Below, piece after piece: positions 13,752 through 20,000 of a stretch of DNA of 20,000 nucleotides (its first letter is position 1; the number at the start of each line of letters is the position of its first letter). Below the pieces are notes generated by a model. The model had not been told where the DNA came from. It worked only from the letters and a program-made list of their open reading frames with translations, and did no database searches. A program made the translations under genes and the position numbers. The DNA comes from an uncultured virus (IMG/VR IMGVR_UViG_3300028592_000009). Its lineage: Duplodnaviria > Heunggongvirae > Uroviricota > Caudoviricetes. The stretch lies in the IMG/VR virus record IMGVR_UViG_3300028592_000009, one strand, 5' to 3'.

Positions 13752-14096
13752 TTAGGCGCGATAGCCACATCCGGCGCAGTTGAAGCCGAACCCGACAACC
13801 GGGGCGCAGTCGGCACCGCAGCCGACGCCCGGGGACCAGGGGGACACCGTAGAGGCCGCGACCGGACCGGTGCACACCAGGCGCCACGTAAGGTCGTACC
13901 AGGAGCAGCCGTAGGAGAGGACGCGACCGGAGCGCACATCGCGCTGGACCGAGGACACGATACCCACCAGGCCGCGCATACCAGACAGGGCCGTAACGGA
14001 GCGGCGCAGAGCCGGGTCGGAGGACGAGCCCGGGACGAAGACCAGCGAGCCGACGGGAAGGGCGGGGACGTAGGCGGGAAGGACGCGACCGGACAT
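13752..14096 (-). CDS. Cys-rich hypothetical protein (114 aa)
   Basis: ACAACAACGAGGAG leader; C-terminal CGADC...CAGC. Confidence 0.6.
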   Translation of the reverse strand: MSGRVLPAYVPALPVGSLVFVPGSSSDPALRRSVTALSGMRGLVGIVSSVQRDVRSGRVLSYGCSWYDLTWRLVCTGPVAASTVSPWSPGVGCGADCAPVVGFGFNCAGCGYRA

Positions 14097-14125
14097 TTTT
14101 ACTCCTCGTTGTTGTCGATAGTAGA

Positions 14126-14154
14126 ACTCTACGCCAGTGCACTCCACCTGGCTA
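14126..14154 (-). promoter_or_regulatory. array promoter
   Basis: TAGCCA-N17-TAGAGT. Confidence 0.8.
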
Positions 14155-14169
14155 CCCTCCAGTCCAAAC

Positions 14170-14202
14170 AAAAGCGGCCCGCCCCGGGAAGGGACGGGCC
14201 GC
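14170..14202 (-). terminator. intrinsic terminator
   Basis: GC hairpin plus TTTTGTTT on the minus strand. Confidence 0.72.
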
Positions 14203-14214
14203 GAGGGGCGCCGG

Positions 14215-14469
14215 TTAGAGGCCGAGCTCCGACCGGTCGGCGGCCAGGGCCGCGTCCAGGTAGGCCGCCGTCGGCTCCGACCCGTCCATGGGCTCACAAG
14301 CGTCCAGGACGTCGTAGGAGTCGCCCTCGGGCTTGGCCCAGAAGGAGAAGCCGCACTCCGGGACGGAGGCGTCGAACTCGACCCAGTCCCCAGCGGTCCG
14401 GCCGGTGGCCGTAACGGGGAAGCGCGGGTCGGACTCGGACTCGGCGATGACGCGGGCGATGAAGTCCAT
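14215..14469 (-). CDS. acidic hypothetical protein (84 aa)
   Basis: AACAACAAGAGGGAG leader. Confidence 0.72.
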   Translation of the reverse strand: MDFIARVIAESESDPRFPVTATGRTAGDWVEFDASVPECGFSFWAKPEGDSYDVLDACEPMDGSEPTAAYLDAALAADRSELGL

Positions 14470-14517
14470 TGTGGTTCTCCCTCTTGTTGTTCGGGGCTCC
14501 TTGCCCCTTGTAGTTTA

Positions 14518-14546
14518 AGTATACTCCAGTTGGACACCTCTGATTA
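14518..14546 (-). promoter_or_regulatory. array promoter
   Basis: TAATCA-N17-TATACT. Confidence 0.75.
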
Positions 14547-14627
14547 CCTCCAACTGGGAATTTCACAAGATTGTTTTGGACATACCGGCAGGCCGCGCCC
14601 CGGAGAGAGGCGCGGCCCAACGGGCGA

Positions 14628-14819
14628 CTAGGCGCAACCGGCGCCGTGGGGGTGGGCCATACGACCGCAGTCCAGGCAGACGTGGGACAAGCAGTAGCGG
14701 TCGAAGGGCAGCGCCGAGCAGTCGGAGCACGCGGCCACACGGGCGGCCACGGCGGCGAAGAGCCGGACGTAGAGGGCGGTAACGGGCACGAGCACGAGGT
14801 GGTCCTTGTTGTTGTCCAT
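14628..14819 (-). CDS. Cys-rich small protein (63 aa), probably leaderless
   Basis: MDNNK...CSDC...C..HVCLDC; ATG 6 nt after the -10. Confidence 0.65.
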   Translation of the reverse strand: MDNNKDHLVLVPVTALYVRLFAAVAARVAACSDCSALPFDRYCLSHVCLDCGRMAHPHGAGCA

Positions 14820-14825
14820 AGGTAC

Positions 14826-14854
14826 AGTCTACCCCAACTCCAGCTGTTTGGCTA
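14826..14854 (-). promoter_or_regulatory. array promoter
   Basis: TAGCCA-N17-TAGACT. Confidence 0.78.
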
Positions 14855-14866
14855 CCTGCACATGCA

Positions 14867-14900
14867 GAGGCGCCCACCCCTGGTGCGGGGCAGGCGCCTC
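14867..14900 (-). terminator. hairpin terminator
   Basis: GAGGCGCC..GGCGCCTC stem after the stop at 14911. Confidence 0.55.
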
Positions 14901-14910
14901 GTGTCCGGAC

Positions 14911-15141
14911 CTAGCTGTCGTACTTGTACACCAGCTGGTCCTGCGTCCGCTCGCCACGGACGTACTCGACCTGGGTCAGCAGCTCGTGCTTGGTCATGTG
15001 CTGGATGTACCAGCCGACCGACCAGTCACGCGACTCGCCAGACGGCGGCGTCCAGGCCGCGTCCGGGGCCAGCCACAGCGGACGGTGGTCCGCCAGCGCC
15101 TCGGCCAGCTGCTGCTTGGTCATCTCAGACGTCTTGGTCAT
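14911..15141 (-). CDS. hypothetical protein (76 aa)
   Basis: MTKQQL/MTKHEL internal repeat; ACAACAAC leader. Confidence 0.72.
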   Translation of the reverse strand: MTKTSEMTKQQLAEALADHRPLWLAPDAAWTPPSGESRDWSVGWYIQHMTKHELLTQVEYVRGERTQDQLVYKYDS

Positions 15142-15191
15142 GAGGTACCCCTATGTTGTTGTGTCCGGCGGTCCCTTGACTGCCTGACGAC

Positions 15192-15220
15192 AGTCTACCC
15201 CATGTCCATGCCGGCGACAA
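15192..15220 (-). promoter_or_regulatory. leftward promoter of a divergent pair
   Basis: TTGTCG-N17-TAGACT; shares an AT tract (15231-15244) with the rightward promoter. Confidence 0.7.
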
Positions 15221-15257
15221 GACCCTGGACAAATCTTTTTTAATCTGCTGGAGGGGG

Positions 15258-15286
15258 TAGTCGACACGTGTGCAGGAGGGTATAGT
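15258..15286 (+). promoter_or_regulatory. rightward promoter of a divergent pair
   Basis: TAGTCG-N17-TATAGT. Confidence 0.8.
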
Positions 15287-15292
15287 TCTCTT

Positions 15293-15445
15293 ATGGACAA
15301 CAACGAGAACAACAACGAGCAGGCGATCGCCGACTACAAGGCGGCCGAGGAGATGCTGGCGGCGACCTACCGGCGCCAGGCCCAGCTGGACGAGCTGGAG
15401 ATCCTCTCCCGCCACCTGGCCGATCCGGACAACAACCCCCTCTAA
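15293..15445 (+). CDS. small leaderless protein (50 aa)
   Basis: MDNNENNNEQAIADYKAAEEMLAATYRRQAQLDELEILSRHLADPDNNPL; ATG 6 nt after the -10; hairpin at 15455-15479 follows. Confidence 0.72.
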   Translation: MDNNENNNEQAIADYKAAEEMLAATYRRQAQLDELEILSRHLADPDNNPL

Positions 15446-15511
15446 GGGGCGGCGCGGGGGCCCGCTGGCCGGGCCCCCGGACATGCCGGCAAGATTGGTC
15501 CTGGATAGGGG

Positions 15512-15540
15512 TAGCCAACCGACTCCAGTCCGCGTATACT
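15512..15540 (+). promoter_or_regulatory. array promoter
   Basis: TAGCCA-N17-TATACT. Confidence 0.8.
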
Positions 15541-15581
15541 GAACTCGTAAGCAAGGCCCGAACAACACCAAGGAGCATCTC

Positions 15582-15806
15582 ATGGACCAGTACCCCACGA
15601 ACCCGGTGTTCGACCCGATCCTCCGCGCCGAGCACGACTGCCGGACGGCGCGCACGGTCTGGGACCGCGAGGGCTTCCGAGGCGACCCGGCGCGAGGCCC
15701 GGAGCGCATGGAGGCGGCGCAGGAGAAGCTGTACGCGCTGATCGATGCGCTGTCCCTTGAGGAGCTCAAGGCGTACGGCGAGTACCGCAAGATCTTCGCC
15801 AAGTAG
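15582..15806 (+). CDS. hypothetical protein (74 aa)
   Basis: AACAACACCAAGGAG leader. Confidence 0.78.
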   Translation: MDQYPTNPVFDPILRAEHDCRTARTVWDREGFRGDPARGPERMEAAQEKLYALIDALSLEELKAYGEYRKIFAK

Positions 15807-15814
15807 GCGACACG

Positions 15815-15853
15815 AGAGAGGCCCCGGACCCGGGAAGGGTTCGGGGCCTCTCT
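15815..15853. terminator. likely bidirectional terminator between convergent genes
   Basis: AGAGAGGCCCCGGACCC-GGGAA-GGGTTCGGGGCCTCTCT. Confidence 0.75.
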
Positions 15854-15864
15854 GCGTTGGCGGG

Positions 15865-16218
15865 TCAGCCGCCGTAGCGCGCCCACCTGACGAGATCCTC
15901 AGCCTCCTGGCGCCCCATCACCGCCACGACCCTGTCGAACGGGGTGTCGTCTCGGTTGGCGATGCGGAGCTGCGCCGCGCGCTGGGCTCGGGGCGAGTTG
16001 TTCCTGTTGGTGCGCCTGGTGGCGACCAGGACCTGGTGGTACAGCTGGTGCGCCATGTCGCTGTACGAGCAGGGGTCCTCCGGGCACGGGCTGAGCATGT
16101 CCGGGTGCTCGGCGTCGATCAGCTCCTGGACGTCCAGGTGGTACTGCCTGAAGACGGGGTGGTTGATGCTCAGCTGTTCAAGCTTCTCCGTGGCCGACAT
16201 GGGCGAGGTAGCATTCAT
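15865..16218 (-). CDS. hypothetical protein (117 aa)
   Basis: SD AGGAGG; ATGA overlap with the upstream gene. Confidence 0.7.
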   Translation of the reverse strand: MNATSPMSATEKLEQLSINHPVFRQYHLDVQELIDAEHPDMLSPCPEDPCSYSDMAHQLYHQVLVATRRTNRNNSPRAQRAAQLRIANRDDTPFDRVVAVMGRQEAEDLVRWARYGG

Positions 16219-16430
16219 GGTGTGGTTCCCTCCTGGTAGTCCGCGATGTCGCGGATGACGTCTGTAAGGCGTCTGAGCGGCTTATAGCGGGCTCGGGGAG
16301 CCGGGGGCGTGACGGGCGCCTCCGGCTCCTGCGGGGAGCCCTGTAGAGGGCCTCCCTGGGCTTCGCCCGGTGCGCACGGCGCCACCTCTGGACTCGGACA
16401 GTCGAAGGGGCACCATGCGCACTGGGTCAT
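16215..16430 (-). CDS. hypothetical protein (71 aa)
   Basis: Fills the gap between its neighbours; CAWC motif; Pro-rich. Confidence 0.5.
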   Translation of the reverse strand: MTQCAWCPFDCPSPEVAPCAPGEAQGGPLQGSPQEPEAPVTPPAPRARYKPLRRLTDVIRDIADYQEGTTP

Positions 16431-16431
16431 C

Positions 16432-16740
16432 TCAGGCCTCGTCCATGCCGGCTTGCAGCTCCTGGGTCTTCTCCTCCTCGTTGCGGATGAGCCGCTTGAG
16501 GTAGGCGTCCACGACGACCGGATTCATCTCGATCTCCCAGTCCTCGATGCCCTCCCAGCGCATGTGGCGCTCGATCGCTCGGACGACGCCGTCCGTTCCC
16601 ATCACCAGGCCACGGGTCTCCGCGCCCACGATCAGGCCGACCATCATGATGGTGCCGTCGACGTCCTTGCCGTCCTTCTTGCGACCGGTGTACACGGCCA
16701 GGACCGGGTTGAACGCCTGGATGTCTCGTTCGGTGCTCAC
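16432..16740 (-). CDS. hypothetical protein (102 aa)
   Basis: GTG start overlapping the upstream TGA; SD AGGAG. Confidence 0.7.
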   Translation of the reverse strand: MSTERDIQAFNPVLAVYTGRKKDGKDVDGTIMMVGLIVGAETRGLVMGTDGVVRAIERHMRWEGIEDWEIEMNPVVVDAYLKRLIRNEEEKTQELQAGMDEA

Positions 16741-17057
16741 TTGCTGATCTCCTTCTCGAGCTCTTCCATGAAGCGCGCGTGGACCTCGGGGTCGAAGTTC
16801 TCGAAGCGCTCCTTGATGCGGGCCATGAGCAGCTCCGGCCATCCCATGGGGTCGTACGGCATCTTGCGCTCGTTGGTCGGACCACCCTCGTCAAGGATGC
16901 CGATCAGCAGGAGCGATGCCTCCTGAACCCGCATACGCCACAGGTCGTCATCCTTGGGCATGTTGTGCGGGTTGTTGGTCATATTCATGTGCATGATCTG
17001 CGCGTCGAACACGACCCTCAGACCTCGGCGGGTGTTGGGGATGCGTCGCTTGGACAT
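16737..17057 (-). CDS. hypothetical protein (106 aa)
   Basis: SD AGGAGG; directly downstream of the primase. Confidence 0.72.
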   Translation of the reverse strand: MSKRRIPNTRRGLRVVFDAQIMHMNMTNNPHNMPKDDDLWRMRVQEASLLLIGILDEGGPTNERKMPYDPMGWPELLMARIKERFENFDPEVHARFMEELEKEISK

Positions 17058-17075
17058 GTGGATTCCCTCCTGGGG

Positions 17076-19871
17076 TTACTTGACGTTGAACTTGATCTCG
17101 GCGTCTGCAGGGATACGGATTCCCAGAATCACAGCGCGCCCCTTGTACGGGTCGCGACGGTACTTCGCGACCTTGGTGTAGCCCATTTCCTCCAAGCGCT
17201 TCCCGAACGCCTGGAGCCCCGGGATGTCCCGAGCCCTCTCGGTCTTGGACCAGACCTCGAAGATCTTGTACAGCGGCGTGACCTGTGAGACGTAGTGCTC
17301 GCCCTCAGGCGTGTGCTCGCCGATCTCGATGTCGCCCTCGGACGAGGCGTGCATGACCCACTTCTGCACGATGTCCGCGTCGACTCGGTACGAGGACGAA
17401 GCCTCGACGACCTCTTCCGGCTGGATCAGGCCCTCCGCGCGGTACAGGCGGAGCCCCTCGACCATCCAGTTGAAGACGCCATCCAGCTCGCCAGCAAACC
17501 CCTCCACGCCCCTGATCTTCTGGGACAGCTGGTCGTCACGGTCGGGGTGTCCCGGCGGGAACGCCACCTTCCACGGGACGACCTGGATGCGGTTCCAGAT
17601 CGCCTGGTCCTCGGCGTTGATCCGGCTCAGGTGGTTGGTCGCCACCATCACCAGGCACTCCGGCTGCCAACGCTTGTTGCCCTCGGCGTAGTTGCCTCGG
17701 GTCGACACGCCATCGCCGCCGGTCAACTGCTTGACGAAGCGCTCGTCCATCGGCTCGTTGGGTGCGAGCTCCATGGACAGTGCCAGACGTCGGCCACGGA
17801 TGGCGTCTCGGTCAGGGTCTCGGCCGCCCGTGTCGAACCGGCGCTTAGAGAGTACGCCGTCGGCCAGCGTCATGGCGTACTCCTCACCCATCACCGCCTC
17901 CAGCGTGTTGGTGAACACAGACTTGCCGGTGTCTCCAACTGCGCTGTACATGAAGGCGATCAGCTTCTGGTTGCCGTCACCCGAGAGCGCGTAACCGGCG
18001 AGCTTCTGGAGGTACTTGCGCGTCTCGGGGTTGGGCTGGTTCTTGGCCAGGAACGACTCCCACAGCGGAGCCCTCGCGCGAGGGTCGTAGGTGACCGGGG
18101 CGATGCGCGTGTTCATCTCATCGATGTCGTGCGGCTCGAACTCGCCCGTGCGCGTGTTGATCTGACCGTTCTGCACGGCGAAGGATCCTCGCGACTGGTC
18201 GAACTCGTCCATCGTGACCGAGATGCCCGGCTGGTGCTCAAGCTGCTTGGCAGCCTCGCGCATGCGCGCACCCTCCTTGCACTTCTCGATCCACTTCTCC
18301 GTCTCGATGAACAGCTCCTGCTCCTGCTCAGCCTTCAGGCGCGCACCGAACCATGCCGTTCTGCCCGGAGCGCCTCCCAGCCATGCAGCGACCCCTCCAG
18401 GCGCCTTGGCGAGCGCTCCGTTCTTGCCCAGGAGCGCCTGGAACGTCGTCCCGCTGGAGTTCGCCACGGTCCAGTCGTCAGGGAACGACGGAACATCCTC
18501 TCCAACGTACTGCGGCAGCTCGACATACGTCATGTAGTCTGTCAGGTCGGCCGTGGCTCGGCTTACGAGGGCGTTGGTATCGGGAGCCCAATGGGTGCCG
18601 GTCCAGGCGTACCACCTGCTCGCCTTGCCGCCGGATACGTGCCTGAACACTCGGCCGTACAGCTCCAGCATCCGCTTGCCGTTGCCCTTGTCATTGGGCT
18701 CGTTGTCAGAGGTGCTGCCGATCAGGCCCTCGAACGCGTCGTGGAACGCGGGGTAGCTCTCGGAGTCGATCGCCTGGGCGGCGGCCTCCTTCTGCTTCTG
18801 CTTGACGGAGATCTTGCCGGTCTTGTTGTAGTCGTCGAACAGCTCGGCCGTCGTGATCCCGAGGTGGTCGCAGATCGCCTGCATACCGTTCGGGTCGTCC
18901 CTATCGGTGCACGGCCCCTGGCTGGACTCGCACCACATCCGGACACAGCCCACGCCCTTGTCCGTCTCGCCCTGCTCGAACTCGAAGCTGGGGTTGCGGT
19001 CGGGGTGGTTCGGGTTGGGGCAGTTGGTCTTGTAGCGACTCGGGCCGATCGGCTCCAGCTGGTGTCCGGCCTTCTCCAGAGCCTGGACGAACCGGACCAT
19101 CGCAGGGCCCTCGGGCATGTCGACCGTGGCCAGGCGGAGCCCGTCGAGCTTCTTCAGACCGGCCTCTCGAGGCGCGCGGGCGCGAACCTCGTCCAGAGTG
19201 ACCTTCTTGAGCTGCGCGAGCGTCTTACCGGCCTCCAGGTGATCTCGGAGGTCCTTGCCCCGGATCGCCTCGCGGAAGAACACCTTGACGCCGACCTCGC
19301 GGAGCGCGCGCCAGCGACGGAGGGCCGATGCGGCTCCGGGGTAGTCCCGCTGCTTGGCGGGGTCCTCGTGGTTGAACCTTGCCTGGTGCTCGGGGTCGAG
19401 ATGGTCCCGGTCGACCATGATGTACACGGTCCCCAGGTAGCCACGGAAGTGCTCCGCCACCTCCTTCGGGAACCGAGTGCCCAGGTGCGTCGTGGTGGCG
19501 TAGGCGTCCGCCAGAGCCCAGCACGCCTCGCAGTCCGGCTCGCCCTCGCACAGGTACATGTGGGGGATGCCGAGCCGCTTGGCCTCGTGGACGCGCGGGA
19601 GCCCGTAGATCAACGCCACGTGTTCCGGGTTGGTCCGGTCGTAGTGGTGGCAGTACCGGAACGTCTTGTCGCCCTTGGGGCCTGCGGAGTGGTTGTCCAC
19701 AGTGATGAGGTAGCGGAACCGGCTGTACAGTCGAGTGCCGTGCGCGTCGTAGTACGGCATGAGGTGTGTGACCTCGCCGAAGTCCTTTGCTGCGCCCGTG
19801 CGAGTGCACTTGCAGAGGTCCTCGGATGTTGCGCGCGGGCGGTACTTGGCCCGCTGCTTTGCTGCTGCCAT
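17076..19871 (-). CDS. DNA primase/helicase (TOPRIM primase plus P4/D5-type SF3 helicase)
   Basis: TOPRIM: YLCEGEPDC, IMVDRD, KDLRDHL. Central CPNPNHPDRNPS...C..C zinc-binding element. D5_N-like NDKGNGKR...WYAWTGTHW. Walker A GDTGKS, VKQLTGGD and ATNH. Confidence 0.93.
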   Translation of the reverse strand: MAAAKQRAKYRPRATSEDLCKCTRTGAAKDFGEVTHLMPYYDAHGTRLYSRFRYLITVDNHSAGPKGDKTFRYCHHYDRTNPEHVALIYGLPRVHEAKRLGIPHMYLCEGEPDCEACWALADAYATTTHLGTRFPKEVAEHFRGYLGTVYIMVDRDHLDPEHQARFNHEDPAKQRDYPGAASALRRWRALREVGVKVFFREAIRGKDLRDHLEAGKTLAQLKKVTLDEVRARAPREAGLKKLDGLRLATVDMPEGPAMVRFVQALEKAGHQLEPIGPSRYKTNCPNPNHPDRNPSFEFEQGETDKGVGCVRMWCESSQGPCTDRDDPNGMQAICDHLGITTAELFDDYNKTGKISVKQKQKEAAAQAIDSESYPAFHDAFEGLIGSTSDNEPNDKGNGKRMLELYGRVFRHVSGGKASRWYAWTGTHWAPDTNALVSRATADLTDYMTYVELPQYVGEDVPSFPDDWTVANSSGTTFQALLGKNGALAKAPGGVAAWLGGAPGRTAWFGARLKAEQEQELFIETEKWIEKCKEGARMREAAKQLEHQPGISVTMDEFDQSRGSFAVQNGQINTRTGEFEPHDIDEMNTRIAPVTYDPRARAPLWESFLAKNQPNPETRKYLQKLAGYALSGDGNQKLIAFMYSAVGDTGKSVFTNTLEAVMGEEYAMTLADGVLSKRRFDTGGRDPDRDAIRGRRLALSMELAPNEPMDERFVKQLTGGDGVSTRGNYAEGNKRWQPECLVMVATNHLSRINAEDQAIWNRIQVVPWKVAFPPGHPDRDDQLSQKIRGVEGFAGELDGVFNWMVEGLRLYRAEGLIQPEEVVEASSSYRVDADIVQKWVMHASSEGDIEIGEHTPEGEHYVSQVTPLYKIFEVWSKTERARDIPGLQAFGKRLEEMGYTKVAKYRRDPYKGRAVILGIRIPADAEIKFNVK

Positions 19872-19914
19872 GCTGTGTGTTCCTTATGTGGTGCGGAGGT
19901 AGAGGGCGTGCTGG

Positions 19915-20000
19915 CTACTCTTCCTCTTCCTCCTCCTCGTTGTCCGGGTCCCAGGCCGAGGCGGCGGGGGTGTTGACGGGGGTGTTGACGGGGGTGTTGA
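19915..20000 (-). CDS. 3' end of an upstream gene with an acidic tail (SSB-like tail, unproven)
   Basis: ...NTP VNTP VNTP AASAWDPDNEEEEEEE*; the 12-bp tandem repeat at 19965-20000 encodes VNTP. Confidence 0.65.
   Translation of the reverse strand, partial: NTPVNTPVNTPAASAWDPDNEEEEEEE

Noticed and set aside
19912..19917. TAGCCA upstream of the primase as an array-type -35
   Set aside because: No TANNNT at 17 bp, and the TAG is the stop codon of the upstream gene.
19965..20000. 12-bp tandem repeat as replication-origin iterons
   Set aside because: It is in frame with an acidic C-terminal tail (VNTP repeats), so a coding repeat explains it. It is truncated by the window edge, so an origin role cannot be fully excluded.

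Overview
A 20 kb, high-GC segment of an actinobacteriophage-like genome (Streptomyces-type codon usage and promoters; host is inferred). It runs from a SNF2-type helicase (left edge, partial) to a TOPRIM primase/D5-type SF3 helicase (17076-19871), with most genes on the minus strand. Main result: ten complete type II hammerhead ribozymes sit on the coding (minus) strand between 3335 and 9322. Each lies just before the next gene's ribosome-binding site and has an intact CUGANGA/GAAA/GUC core, covarying stems and the U1.7/A tertiary-contact nucleotides. Two long transcripts would therefore cut themselves into short mRNAs. Both transcripts start at a duplicated promoter/operator module and begin with paralogous structured leader RNAs of about 290 and 460 nt that I cannot assign to a family; a hammerhead would release each leader. 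From 10.0 to 15.9 kb the phage instead uses an array of 15 sigma70-like promoters (mostly a TAGYSR-type -35, always a 17-bp spacer, TANNNT -10), mostly one per small gene, with hairpin terminators and AACAAC-rich or leaderless starts. All structures were read by eye; no folding or database search was run.
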